62,997 nt of DNA from Fimbriimonadales bacterium (lineage in GTDB: Bacteria > Armatimonadota > Fimbriimonadia > Fimbriimonadales > ATM1): assembly GCA_041744215.1 (NCBI GenBank), contig JBGTLG010000038.1, forward strand, positions 1 to 62,997. The letters are read 5' to 3'. The notes beneath the pieces were generated by a model. The model had not been told where the DNA came from and did not search any database. It saw only the letters and a program-made list of their open reading frames with translations. Positions 18,414 through 28,136 of the stretch are shown here, one piece after another; position 1 is the first letter of the stretch; every line of letters starts with the position of its first letter. The translations under genes were made by a program, and so were the position numbers.

Positions 18414-19529
18414 CTATCGCAAGACTTGCTTCGCTATGATCATCCGCTGAATCTCGCTCGCTCCCTCGCCGATCTCTGTCAACTTTGCGTCGCGCCAAAG
18501 CTTCTCGATCAAATAGTCAAACGTCATACCGCGTCCGCCATGAACCTGCAGCATCCGATTCGTCACATTTCGCGCCGCCTCGCTCGCAAACAACTTGCAA
18601 TACGACGCCTCCTTAACAATCGACATACCCTGGTCATACATCCAAGCCGCCTTGTGGACGAGCAAACGCGCGGCCTCCACCTCCATCGCGCTGTCCGCAA
18701 TGAGATTCTGAACAGACTGCATATCTGCGAGACGTCGATTGAACTGTTCGCGCTCCTTGCTGTATTCGATCCCGGCTTCGAGAGCTTTCTCTGCGATGCC
18801 GAGTGCCATGGCCCCAATCCCAACTCGTCCCCGAAACAGCAATCCTGTCACGTCTTCAAACGAACCTGGGGTGTGCCAGGCGACTGCATCGTTCATTTTG
18901 AAACGCAGCGTGTACGAAGCGGAAACACCCGTCGTCGGTATGCGCCCAAGGTCTTCAAATCCAGGCTGATCCTTCTCCATGAGAAAACCGCTCAGGTTCT
19001 TCTCATCGACCCGCGCGATGATGATGAACAGCTTCGCGAATCCGCCGTTCGTTATGAACATCTTTTCGCCGTTCAGGTGAAAGTAGCCCGGGCGGTCAGG
19101 AATTGGCGTGGCTGTTGTTTTAACCCGTCGTGCATCGCTCCCAGCATCGGGCTCAGTCAATCCCCACGCGAGAGGGATGTCGCCAGACAAAACTCCAGGA
19201 AGATACTTAGCGCGCTGAGCTTCGTCCGCAAAGAGTTCGAAGTGGGCAACGCAAAGCGCATTAATCGCTGCGACGTTCATTGCGAGAGCGGGATCGCCCT
19301 TTGCGACTATTCGGCACATCTCCGCATAAGTCGCACACGAGTATCCGCGCCCGCCGAGCTCCTTTGGAAGCACGCACGAGGTCACGCCCAATTCGGCGGT
19401 ACGCTTCCAAATGTTGTCAGGGAAAGTCGACTTCTCCCAAGCTCGGGTGCAGGGTGCGACTTCGGCGTCAACCCACTCGCTAACCGTCTTCAAAAACTTG
19501 CTCTCTTCTTCGGTGAAGTTCAAAATCAT
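18414..19529 (-). CDS. Acyl-CoA dehydrogenase
   Basis: LTEPDAGSDA, LNGEKMFITNG, REQF, QVHGG.G, RDAKLTEIGEGASEIQR; start at MILNF after AAGGA. Confidence 0.93.
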   Translation of the reverse strand: MILNFTEEESKFLKTVSEWVDAEVAPCTRAWEKSTFPDNIWKRTAELGVTSCVLPKELGGRGYSCATYAEMCRIVAKGDPALAMNVAAINALCVAHFELFADEAQRAKYLPGVLSGDIPLAWGLTEPDAGSDARRVKTTATPIPDRPGYFHLNGEKMFITNGGFAKLFIIIARVDEKNLSGFLMEKDQPGFEDLGRIPTTGVSASYTLRFKMNDAVAWHTPGSFEDVTGLLFRGRVGIGAMALGIAEKALEAGIEYSKEREQFNRRLADMQSVQNLIADSAMEVEAARLLVHKAAWMYDQGMSIVKEASYCKLFASEAARNVTNRMLQVHGGRGMTFDYLIEKLWRDAKLTEIGEGASEIQRMIIAKQVLR

Positions 19530-19584
19530 TGGAGATTTCCTTGGAACGCCGCGCCGTTGCGGCCGCCCGCAATGATACATGAAT

Positions 19585-19860
19585 CTATCGGTCGACGCCT
19601 ACAACGAAGCCCACCAAGGCTGGATCGGGAGGCACAGACTGAATCTGAATGTCGTCCACACGCCCTGGACCGGCCCTGAGCCGGTCGATCAACTCATCGA
19701 AGACCTGGCGCTCTTCCACCTGAACCATCAACTCGACGGCGCCGTCGCGGCGATTCCACACCTCGCCGCCGATACCGCGATTTGAAGCTTCATGGAGTGC
19801 GAAATTTCGGAATCCGACACCTTGCACTCGGCCGCGAACCACAACGCGAGCAGCGATCAC
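19585..19860 (-). CDS. acyP: Acylphosphatase
   Basis: V.GRVQGVGFR, G.V.N..DG.VE, GP. Confidence 0.93.
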   Translation of the reverse strand: MIAARVVVRGRVQGVGFRNFALHEASNRGIGGEVWNRRDGAVELMVQVEERQVFDELIDRLRAGPGRVDDIQIQSVPPDPALVGFVVGVDR

Positions 19861-20708
19861 ACCGCAGAGTATGACTCTCTGCTGCGAAGAACTTCACCCC
19901 GAATCCACCCGCGCAATTCTCCGCAGAGCTCTTCATTGAGGTCTAGGTTGAAAAGTGCTCCGAGATCCGGCTCTACGGAGCTGTGCGCGGACTGGTTGGT
20001 AAACCCTGCTTGGTGTGCGATGCCGTTCGCGACGTTTAGAATCCGCGCCGCATCCTGATTGGACTCGGCTTCCGCCGGGTTTCGGTGATGCGTTATTGCG
20101 TCGACTATCCGGTCGCCGAGTCGCCACTGCCGCGCCATAACGCCGCCAATGTCAGTTGAGTCGAAGCCAAGCACCGAAACCTCGGCTCTAACTTCGTCAA
20201 TGTCGTGCTGCCGGATGAGATGCAGAATCTTGTCTAACTCATCGGGACAGTGCCGCTCAAGACCGAGCCAACCCATGTCGTGCAGCAGCCCGATCATGTA
20301 GTACTCCTCTGCACTCGCAGGTGCTAGCTTTTTGGCGATAGCGCGAGCGAGAATGGCTGTAGCGATCGAGTGTTGCCAAAACGCTCCTCGATCGAAGAGC
20401 TTGCTGTGCTGTGTCGAAAGAGTCTGTTGGTAAGCGACACTGATCACAATGTTGCTCACCGTTTTCATGCCCAGTACTGCAATCGCCGCAGTCACCGATT
20501 GCACAGGATTCCGGAGGCCATAGTAACTGCTGTTCGCTGCTTTCAGTAGCTTTGCAACAATCGCAGGCTCGCCGCGAAAGACGGTCTCGAGCTCCGCAGA
20601 AGAGACATTGGGGTCCGACATTTTTCGGATGACACCCAACATAACTTGCGGTAAAGCGGAGAGATTCTCGCTGCGCGAGATCTTTATCGTAAGGCTAGCC
20701 AGTTCCAC
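19857..20708 (-). CDS. HDOD domain signalling protein
   Basis: LPQV, P.IVAKLLKAANS.YYG, AI.VLG, FWQHSIA.A, GLLHDMG, LA..W-like and HH..P motifs. Confidence 0.9.
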   Translation of the reverse strand: MELASLTIKISRSENLSALPQVMLGVIRKMSDPNVSSAELETVFRGEPAIVAKLLKAANSSYYGLRNPVQSVTAAIAVLGMKTVSNIVISVAYQQTLSTQHSKLFDRGAFWQHSIATAILARAIAKKLAPASAEEYYMIGLLHDMGWLGLERHCPDELDKILHLIRQHDIDEVRAEVSVLGFDSTDIGGVMARQWRLGDRIVDAITHHRNPAEAESNQDAARILNVANGIAHQAGFTNQSAHSSVEPDLGALFNLDLNEELCGELRGWIRGEVLRSRESYSAV

Positions 20709-20742
20709 CGCATCCTATTTTCGGCGGATTGGGCCCTCTGAT

Positions 20743-21849
20743 TTAGGCGATTTCAGCGGCTTCAGGTTCTTCTTCGGGAACTACTGGCTCGATTTGGTCG
20801 CGGTCGATCACCGACTTGAGCGAAACGAGCGCCACTTCAACCTGGTCGTCATCGGGCTCTCGGGTCGTCAGGTACTGGGTACCCAGCCCTGGCGCAAACG
20901 CGATGTTGACCCATCGTTGGTCGCGAAACTTGCCGGCGATCCGCAGAAGTTCGTAAGCGGTACCTGCGACGAAGGGGATCAGCGCCAATTCGACCAGCAC
21001 GCGAACAGCGACATTGAAACCCAGGAATGTGCTTTCCCCGAGAGGATAGCGCGGAACGAACGTGAAGAACGCAAGCGAAAGAATGATGACGATGATGGCG
21101 AAGCTCGTGCCGCAGCGAGGATGCAGCCGCGATTGCTTCTGGCAACTTTCCATCGTTAAAGGCTGATCGTGCTCCAACGCATTGATCGCCTTATGCTCTG
21201 CGCCATGATACTTGTAGATCTCCCGGATGTCTTTCATCAAGCCAATCAACCCGATGTAGGCGAGGAACAGGACGATCTTCACGCATTCCGCTATGAAGTT
21301 CTTCATCGTCGAACTCCCAACACCGATCTTCGCAGACAACTCTGCGATGTAGTTCGGGAGTGCGCTGAAAAGCAGCAAACCTAACAGCAGCCCAACCACC
21401 ATCGTCGCTATGATTGCGTTCCGCATCTTTTGTGGGCTGATCTCATCTTTCGGCAACGGATCTGCTGCGGCCGCAGTTTCGGCGTCCAAAGGAGTGTCCG
21501 CACGCTTTGAGTCCGAGGTCAGCCGCTCCACGTACTCCACCACCTCACTCGACTTCTCAACCTCTGCGTCTTCGGCCGGCTGATAACGGGGGTCCATTTG
21601 AATCTCCGACGAGATCCGCAGTGCTCGATTTCCGAGAAACAACGCGTCAAGGATTCCGAGTGAGCCGCGCAGAAATGGAGCCTTCAACCATCCCTGCTTC
21701 CCGATCCACGTCTTCTCCATCGCCTCTGCATGGAGCACGATCTTGCCGTTCGGTGCGCGGCAGGCTACGGCCCAGTGCTTGGGAGATCGCATCATAACGC
21801 CGTCGATGACGGCCTGACCGCCGTACTGGAGATATTCGCCTTTGGGCAT
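20743..21849 (-). CDS. DUF1385 (YqhQ-like) membrane protein
   Basis: GGQAVIDGVMMR, PFLRG, YHGAEHK, RLHPRCGTSF, Q.LTTREP. Confidence 0.92.
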   Translation of the reverse strand: MPKGEYLQYGGQAVIDGVMMRSPKHWAVACRAPNGKIVLHAEAMEKTWIGKQGWLKAPFLRGSLGILDALFLGNRALRISSEIQMDPRYQPAEDAEVEKSSEVVEYVERLTSDSKRADTPLDAETAAAADPLPKDEISPQKMRNAIIATMVVGLLLGLLLFSALPNYIAELSAKIGVGSSTMKNFIAECVKIVLFLAYIGLIGLMKDIREIYKYHGAEHKAINALEHDQPLTMESCQKQSRLHPRCGTSFAIIVIILSLAFFTFVPRYPLGESTFLGFNVAVRVLVELALIPFVAGTAYELLRIAGKFRDQRWVNIAFAPGLGTQYLTTREPDDDQVEVALVSLKSVIDRDQIEPVVPEEEPEAAEIA

Positions 21850-22075
21850 GAGTTATAGGAGTATATCGGTTCGCAGCCGGAAGTGCGGGAGGCAGGTGCG
21901 GGGGAAAGAAGAGAATTCACCGCCCGATTTCCTGTTCGACGATTCCGTCGACAACCAAGAGAACCGTCGCAACACCAGAATCGGACCAATTGTAGGACGT
22001 CAGGAACTGGCTAACCGAAAGGCGCCTCGCGACGCCGCCGTCGACAATCTCTAGATCCTAATCAGCTGTCGCCGC

Positions 22076-24109
22076 TCACGGCGCAGGAGCATGTTCCGGA
22101 TGCATCTCCTCCGATCGCGTTCGATACTTTTCGAACCACGCATATAGATAGAGTTGCTGAGCTAGTTGACGCGAAGGACGACGCCAGCCATGATATTCCT
22201 CCGGCATCCTGACGAGCAGCGTCTCCTTCTTGAGCATCTTCAATGCGCGGTAATACTCTTCGCTCTGTGCCATCGGAGTTCGCAAGTCCGCCTCGCCAGT
22301 CATTACCAGCACAGGTGTGCTGACCCTATGTACGTAACTTAGCGGCGACCTGCGGGCATATTCCACCGGGTCTTCCCACGGGAACGCTTCGAACTGGTAG
22401 TACCACGACGGGCCGTCCGTCGTTCCGACGAACGAATGCCAGTTAATGACGGGTCTCATGCTGCACGCGGCAGCGAATCTATCTGTGTGTCCCACGATCC
22501 ATGCGGTCAGCACGCCACCGCCGCTGCCCCCGCAAACGAACAGATTGCGTTCGTCTATCCATCCTTTCGCGAGCGCAGTATCGACTCCCGCCATCAAGTC
22601 GTCGTAGTCCCGCCCCGGATAAGAGAATTGGATCCCGTTTACGAAAGCCTGACCGTATCCTGTGCTCCCCCGCGGATTAGTAAACAGCACGGCGTAGCCC
22701 ATCGCGGCCCAGTTTTGCCATGCCCAATTCCATCCGACCCCATACATCGACCAGGGTCCTCCGTGAATCCAGAGCACCATCGGATACTTTTTGGTCGGAT
22801 CGAAATCGATCGGCTTGACGAGCCACCCTTGTACTCGCAAACCGTCGCTCGATTCATACCAAAGCTCCTCGATATCGGCAAGTTTCTTCCCGTCGAGAAC
22901 GTCCTCGTTGACGTCGACGAGCACACTGGTTCTGTCAGGAGTTCGTATGTCGAATGTCGTGAGTACGCCGGGCCTCTTCCAATGCGATACAACCGACACG
23001 GCTCTCCCATTTCTTGCGAGCGAGAATCCAGATACTTGGTGCGCGCCCTGCGTAACTTGACGCATATCACCGCTCAGGCTTACAAACCGCACGTTCGTCG
23101 CACCGTGTTCGCCAACCGTGAAGTACACACCGCTGTTATCCCATGCCCAAGTTACATTTCCAGGGGAACTGGAGAGATCGCCTGCCAGCATGCGCTTGCT
23201 GCCGCCGTTCTTGTCCATAAGATAAAGGCTGGACAGGTGGCTCGTGTAATTCCGCTGGTCGAAGCCCGTGTACGCTATCCACTGTCCATCCGGCGAAACT
23301 TGATGGTTGCCGTCTGGCCCCAGGCGGTCGGTGAGCGCTACGGCCGTTTTCGTTTCAACGTCGAACGCGTAGATTTCTGTGTCTCCACGAAGATGCTCCG
23401 CATCAGGCTTTCGAATCGCTGATACGTAAATCGTCTTTCCGTCAGCAGACCATTGCGGATTCGCGTGGTTAAAGTCGCCGGTTGTAATCTGCTTCGGCGT
23501 ACCCCCCAGTCGCGCGTCGATGATAAACACGTGTGTCCATCCAACCGGACGGTAGCCTGCGCCGTCTGCCGCCCAAGAGAGTCTGCTCTCGACGATCGCT
23601 CCGCGCGCCCATTGCGCCCCCGTCGGTCTCTCCGGGAGCTTAATGGCGAGTGGCGATTCAGTTTGCGGTACGAATGATGTGAAGGCGAGGTGCGTTCCGT
23701 TATGAGACCACGTAACGCTACCGATGCCCCGCTCGAAGTTGGTCAGCTTCGCAACCTCGCGGGTATCAAGCCACATCACGTAGAGCTGCGACGTGCCATC
23801 GCGATCGCTAATCATTGCGACGCGCTTTCCATCGGGTGAGAAAACCGGAGACGAATCCCGCCAACTCCCTTCCGTAAACTGCCGGACCCGCTCGCCTCGC
23901 GAATCGGTGATCCAGAGGTTGCTTGACGGCGCGTCGCGCATTTTGTCGATCGATGTTCGCGTGAAGATGATGTTCGCTCCATCCGGGGAGATGGTGGGAC
24001 TCCCTCCGGATTCGAAGTCCATAAAGGTCTCTTTGGTGATGAGGTCGCTCTGGGCAGCGACTCCCACCTGCAGGGCGAGCGCGACGACTAATGCTGAGGT
24101 TGCCTTCAT
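22076..24109 (-). CDS. S9C serine peptidase (acylaminoacyl/dipeptidyl peptidase-like) with beta-propeller
   Basis: Signal peptide, SPDG repeats, IHGGP, NPRGSTGYG, GGSGGG nucleophile, GEADLRTP, EYH. Confidence 0.92.
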   Translation of the reverse strand: MKATSALVVALALQVGVAAQSDLITKETFMDFESGGSPTISPDGANIIFTRTSIDKMRDAPSSNLWITDSRGERVRQFTEGSWRDSSPVFSPDGKRVAMISDRDGTSQLYVMWLDTREVAKLTNFERGIGSVTWSHNGTHLAFTSFVPQTESPLAIKLPERPTGAQWARGAIVESRLSWAADGAGYRPVGWTHVFIIDARLGGTPKQITTGDFNHANPQWSADGKTIYVSAIRKPDAEHLRGDTEIYAFDVETKTAVALTDRLGPDGNHQVSPDGQWIAYTGFDQRNYTSHLSSLYLMDKNGGSKRMLAGDLSSSPGNVTWAWDNSGVYFTVGEHGATNVRFVSLSGDMRQVTQGAHQVSGFSLARNGRAVSVVSHWKRPGVLTTFDIRTPDRTSVLVDVNEDVLDGKKLADIEELWYESSDGLRVQGWLVKPIDFDPTKKYPMVLWIHGGPWSMYGVGWNWAWQNWAAMGYAVLFTNPRGSTGYGQAFVNGIQFSYPGRDYDDLMAGVDTALAKGWIDERNLFVCGGSGGGVLTAWIVGHTDRFAAACSMRPVINWHSFVGTTDGPSWYYQFEAFPWEDPVEYARRSPLSYVHRVSTPVLVMTGEADLRTPMAQSEEYYRALKMLKKETLLVRMPEEYHGWRRPSRQLAQQLYLYAWFEKYRTRSEEMHPEHAPAP

Positions 24110-24206
24110 CCGGCAAGGGTTCGACCTGATGGCCGCGCTGTCCTGCCTGTCAGCCGAACGTCCGCAGAGCGAGTTGCATAGAAGGTACGCAGGTTAGAAT
24201 GGCTCG

Positions 24207-26051
24207 GTGGCGTATCTGATCGGAACCGCGGGCCATGTGGACCATGGCAAGACGACGCTCATTGCAGCGCTCACTGGGATTGACGCGGATCGGCTACCCG
24301 AAGAGAAAGCGAGGGGTATGACGATCGACATCGGCTTCGCCCACATCGACCTGGACGGGATCGGGCGGGTAAGCCTCGTCGATGTGCCCGGCCACGAGCG
24401 GTTCATCAAGAACATGCTGGCTGGCGCATCGGGAGTTGATGTCGCGATGCTGTGCGTGGCGTCGGACGAAGGCGTGAAACCGCAGACGCGCGAACACTTC
24501 GACATCATACGCCTGTTAGAAGCTCGCGCCCTCGTCGTCGCTCTGACAAAGTGCGACGCCACGGATGACGAAACTCAGTCGATTGCGGAACTAGACGTCA
24601 GCGCTCTGCTTGAGGGAACGCAATTCGCTGGAGCTCCCATTGTTCGCGTGTCTGCAGTCTCGGGGCTGGGCCTTGATGCTTTGAAACTGGAGTTGGCCCG
24701 GACTATGCTGAGGCTCGGCGCGAGGGAAGAAGAGGGTGGTTGGTTCTTGCCAATCGACCGCGTGTTCACGGCGCCTGGGCATGGCACGGTCGTCACTGGA
24801 ACGTTGGCCCGGGGTCGCGTCTTGCCGGGATCCGAGGGTGAGTTGATGCCCGGCACGAAACGTCTCCGAATCCGTGGGGTCCAAGTCCACGGCTCGGCGG
24901 CGGAGTTCGCCGAAGCGGGCCAGCGCACTGCGCTGAATGTGACTGGCGCAAAGCGGGAGGACTTACACCGAGGGCAGGCAATCGGCTCGCCGGGATCCCT
25001 GGTGGAGTCTCAATGCCTGAATGTCCGCGTTACGCCACTAGCCGAGATCAAGCACGGTCAGAGGATCCGACTTCACGTCGGTAGCGGGGAGTTTATTGGG
25101 AAGATCCACCTCTTCGATCTCGCCCCAGGATTTGGACAGATTCGGCTGGAAGAACCCCTTGCGTGCGCTCGGGGGCAGCGCGGGGTACTGCGGCGGTACT
25201 CCCCGCCCGATGTGCTTGCCGGGGTCGAAATTGTGACTCCGATCTCAAAACCGAGGAGAAAGAACGACCGGGAGGTCATCGAGCTCTTGACTGAGCAGTC
25301 GGACTCGGCTGGGATCGTGGACGAGATCTCGAGGCGGCCCGCTGGTGCACTGACCTCAGATGTGTGCGAAGCCTTGGGTCGAACTCCTCAAGAACTGGGG
25401 GACGACTTCGAGCGGCTCAAGGGCCAAGGAGCGATCCTCGGGTTTGCTGGGATGTGGCTGACCCAGGCGTCATATCTTGGAGTGGCGGAGAGAGTCAGGG
25501 CCGCGACCCTTGCGGTTCACGAAGCAGCCCCGCGTAACCCTTCTGCCCCGAAGGCGGGGGTGCTAAAGGAGTCTGGGCTTGGATGGCCCCCCAAGTCGTT
25601 CGACCGTCTGATTGCGCTGATGGCCAGCGAGGGGCTGATCGTGCTTCACGGCGCAGAGGTTCGGCACCCCGATTTTCGGGTAAGGCTCTCCGATAAGCAA
25701 CAGGCGTTGCTCGACAGGATTCTGGCCGAAATGCAGTCGAAGGGCGCCATCGCGCCGAGCGCAAGGGAAATCGGCGAGGCATTGGCGGTGCCGCCGCAAG
25801 CTGTGGAGGAGATGTGGAGGTTGGGTGTCGCGACCGGCAGAATGATCCGTGTGGACGAGGGTCTGTACTACACCATCGAGACGCTTGAGGAGATCAAGGC
25901 AATGGTCAAGGGCCTCGGCGAGAGATTTACTGTTGCGGATTTCCGCGATGCAACAGGTTCCTCTCGAAAGTACGCCCTACCACTCTTGATCTACTTGGAT
26001 GAACTGAAGTTCACACGGCGGGTCGGAGATGAGCGCATCGTGCTCAAGTGA
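24207..26051 (+). CDS. selB: Selenocysteine-specific elongation factor
   Basis: [48 protein letters not shown]-terminal winged helix [12 protein letters not shown]....TRR.GD.R. Confidence 0.95.
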   Translation: MAYLIGTAGHVDHGKTTLIAALTGIDADRLPEEKARGMTIDIGFAHIDLDGIGRVSLVDVPGHERFIKNMLAGASGVDVAMLCVASDEGVKPQTREHFDIIRLLEARALVVALTKCDATDDETQSIAELDVSALLEGTQFAGAPIVRVSAVSGLGLDALKLELARTMLRLGAREEEGGWFLPIDRVFTAPGHGTVVTGTLARGRVLPGSEGELMPGTKRLRIRGVQVHGSAAEFAEAGQRTALNVTGAKREDLHRGQAIGSPGSLVESQCLNVRVTPLAEIKHGQRIRLHVGSGEFIGKIHLFDLAPGFGQIRLEEPLACARGQRGVLRRYSPPDVLAGVEIVTPISKPRRKNDREVIELLTEQSDSAGIVDEISRRPAGALTSDVCEALGRTPQELGDDFERLKGQGAILGFAGMWLTQASYLGVAERVRAATLAVHEAAPRNPSAPKAGVLKESGLGWPPKSFDRLIALMASEGLIVLHGAEVRHPDFRVRLSDKQQALLDRILAEMQSKGAIAPSAREIGEALAVPPQAVEEMWRLGVATGRMIRVDEGLYYTIETLEEIKAMVKGLGERFTVADFRDATGSSRKYALPLLIYLDELKFTRRVGDERIVLK

Positions 26052-26082
26052 CGAGATGGCGCCACCTAGAGATCGTCCCGGT

Positions 26083-26088
26083 TATAAT
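26083..26088 (+). promoter_or_regulatory. Consensus -10 box TATAAT upstream of 26118
   Basis: Perfect TATAAT ~30 nt before SD AGGAGG/GTG; no clear -35. Confidence 0.45.
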
Positions 26089-26117
26089 GGGCTCAACCAT
26101 TGTCAGGAGGCAGGTAA

Positions 26118-26447
26118 GTGGAGAACGAAGACGGTGTAGTCGCCCCGAAAAAGAAGTCTAATCCAGTCTTGGCAGCAGTTTTGGTGCTTGTGATCGTAGG
26201 TGCCTTGGCGTTCCTCTATTTCTTCGGAATGAGGGAGAGCTACGAGCAGATTGCGCTTGACTTGGAAGGTGGGATCCCGGCGGCGGATGTCGTCAAGCGA
26301 ATGGGCGAGCCGAAGGAAAAGAAGCCGTACCGCGAGGACCAGGAAGTTTGGTTCTACGAGCGCACGTTCCCTCGCTATGAGGCTCTCTACCTCGTGTTCG
26401 AGGATGACGGCACCCTGATGTACGCCTCGGACGAGGAGCCGGAGTAG
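26118..26447 (+). CDS. Single-pass membrane protein with SmpA/BamE-like fold motif
   Basis: SD AGGAGG; TM helix; G....DV...MGEP.....W.Y......L.F..DG.L pattern. Confidence 0.6.
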   Translation: MENEDGVVAPKKKSNPVLAAVLVLVIVGALAFLYFFGMRESYEQIALDLEGGIPAADVVKRMGEPKEKKPYREDQEVWFYERTFPRYEALYLVFEDDGTLMYASDEEPE

Positions 26448-26534
26448 GCGGGGCTTCTCCAACGCAGGTTGGATCGCCCGAGGCCAGCTGGCTATATAGA
26501 TGACCGCGCCATGCCAGTCCTTTAAGGTCAACCT

Positions 26535-26975
26535 ATGCGGGCGGTGATTCAGCGGGCAGGGTCTGCGTCCGTTTCCGTAGCTGGCGAGGTGATCGGCGCA
26601 ATCGATCGCGGCCTCGCGGTCTTCGTCGGAGTGTCCAGATCCGACTCCGAATCGCAGTGCAAGTGGCTGGCGGAAAAAGTTATGGGTCTTCGAGTCTTCG
26701 AGGATACGGAAGGGAAGATGAACTTGAGCTTGGCTGAAGTCGGCGGTGGCGCGCTGCTGATCCCGAATTTCACGGTCTGCGGGGACGCTTCGAAGGGACG
26801 TCGGCCGAGCTTTGAGGGTGCCGCTGCCTTCGATGACGGTAAGCGCCTTTTCGAAAGGTTCGTCGCGTTCTGCCGAGAATCGGGACTTCGAATCGAAGTC
26901 GGGGAGTTTGGTGCCGACATGGAAGTGAGAGTCATGAACGATGGCCCAGTCACTTTGATCATAGTGTCTCCTTGA
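26535..26975 (+). CDS. dtd: D-aminoacyl-tRNA deacylase
   Basis: MRAVIQR, RVFED..GKMN.S, NFT, KGRRPSF, GEFGADM, NDGPVT. Confidence 0.95.
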   Translation: MRAVIQRAGSASVSVAGEVIGAIDRGLAVFVGVSRSDSESQCKWLAEKVMGLRVFEDTEGKMNLSLAEVGGGALLIPNFTVCGDASKGRRPSFEGAAAFDDGKRLFERFVAFCRESGLRIEVGEFGADMEVRVMNDGPVTLIIVSP

Positions 26976-27029
26976 GCCTTTGTGACCCACAACCCAGCGT
27001 CTAGCGGGTTTGTAGCGTCGGGCCGCCCC

Positions 27030-27059
27030 TTGACAAGGGGAACCGAGATCGGTCACAAT
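27030..27059 (+). promoter_or_regulatory. sigma70-type promoter of the ribosomal supercluster (TTGACA-N18-CACAAT)
   Basis: Perfect -35 at 27030-27035, near-consensus -10 at 27054-27059. Confidence 0.65.
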
Positions 27060-27183
27060 CCGCCTCCGCACATAGCCCAGGCTATGGGTGGAAAATCTCA
27101 ATCGTCGGAGGGAGGACCCAGAAAATCAGGGAACTCATAATCTAAGAACGACCCCGGCCCATGTGGCCGAGCATCTTCGAAGC

Positions 27184-27220
27184 CCCTCCCGCGTGTCCCG
27201 GCGAGAGGGTTTTTTTGTTT
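27184..27220 (+). terminator. Intrinsic terminator/attenuator in the rpsL leader
   Basis: CCCTC.CGC...GCG.GAGGG hairpin followed by TTTTTTTGTTT, ~30 nt before the rpsL start. Confidence 0.6.
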
Positions 27221-27251
27221 CCTGGAGCCCGCAAACGAGGTAATCGAACGT

Positions 27252-27632
27252 ATGCCGACAGTCAACCAGTTGGTCCGAAGAGGGCGCAAGCAGACGAGTA
27301 AGAAGTCAAAGTCTCCTGCGCTCAAAAGCAACCCGCAGCGACGCGGGGTGTGTACGGTCGTCCGAACGGTGACGCCGAAGAAGCCGAACTCAGCGATGCG
27401 TAAAGTCGCACGTGTTCGCTTGACCAACGGAGTTGAAGTCACAGCCTACATTCCCGGTGTGGGGCACAACTTGCAAGAGCACTCGGTTGTGCTGGTGCGA
27501 GGTGGTCGTGTCAAGGACCTGCCCGGCGTTCGATATCACATCGTTCGCGGAACCCAGCAGACGTCGGGGACGAGCAATCGGATGCAAGGTCGAAGCAAGT
27601 ACGGAACCAAGAGACCAAAGGCAGCGAAGTAG
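27252..27632 (+). CDS. rpsL: 30S ribosomal protein S12
   Basis: [32 protein letters not shown]. Confidence 0.99.
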   Translation: MPTVNQLVRRGRKQTSKKSKSPALKSNPQRRGVCTVVRTVTPKKPNSAMRKVARVRLTNGVEVTAYIPGVGHNLQEHSVVLVRGGRVKDLPGVRYHIVRGTQQTSGTSNRMQGRSKYGTKRPKAAK

Positions 27633-27644
27633 CGAGGTCGAGCC

Positions 27645-28115
27645 ATGTCAAGAAAGCGAACAAATTACAAGCGAAACATCTCTCCGGACGCCGTTCATGG
27701 TTCTGAACTCGCGCAGAGGTTTATCAATCGACTTATGTTGGATGGCAAGAAAGTGAAAGCCGAGCAGATTTTCTACGGCGCGCTTTCTGTTTGCGAAGAG
27801 AAAGAGAGCAAGCCAGGAATCGAAGTCTTCGAAAAGGCACTGCAAAACTGTATGCCGATCACGGAAGTTCGTCCGCGACGCGTCGGAGGCCAGACGTACC
27901 AGGTTCCGTCCGAGGTGCGCCCTGCCCGCCGCAGAACACTTGCGATTCGCTGGATGGTTGGCAATGCTCGAAAACGAAGCGGCCGCTCGATGGTTGAGAA
28001 ACTGAGCGGTGAGTTCTTAGACGCCTTCAACGGACAAGGACCAACTGTCAAGAAAAAAGAAGACACGCACAAGATGGCAGAAGCAAACAAAGCCTTCGCC
28101 CATTTCAGATTTTAG
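27645..28115 (+). CDS. rpsG: 30S ribosomal protein S7
   Basis: RRVGGQTYQVP, HKMAEANKAFAHFR. Confidence 0.99.
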   Translation: MSRKRTNYKRNISPDAVHGSELAQRFINRLMLDGKKVKAEQIFYGALSVCEEKESKPGIEVFEKALQNCMPITEVRPRRVGGQTYQVPSEVRPARRRTLAIRWMVGNARKRSGRSMVEKLSGEFLDAFNGQGPTVKKKEDTHKMAEANKAFAHFRF

Positions 28116-28136
28116 AACGACGCTAAAAGAAGATCG

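Noticed and set aside
18405-19679. 424-aa plus-strand ORF
   Set aside because: Antisense to the acyl-CoA dehydrogenase; typical high-GC shadow ORF.
21850-22075. 225-nt intergenic region with CCGTCGACAA repeated twice and a 70-aa ORF
   Set aside because: No recognisable RNA fold, SD or protein motif; evidence too weak.
22436-23422. 328-aa plus-strand ORF
   Set aside because: Antisense to the S9 peptidase.
24207-26051. A selenoprotein gene (UGA read-through) near selB
   Set aside because: The TGA-terminated genes I examined are full length for their families; no split redox ORF or SECIS recognised.
26103-27101. 332-aa minus-strand ORF
   Set aside because: Overlaps dtd and the membrane-protein gene on the opposite strand; no motifs.
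27252-27632. Streptomycin-resistance alleles in S12
   Set aside because: PKKPNS and RVKDLP motifs are wild type.
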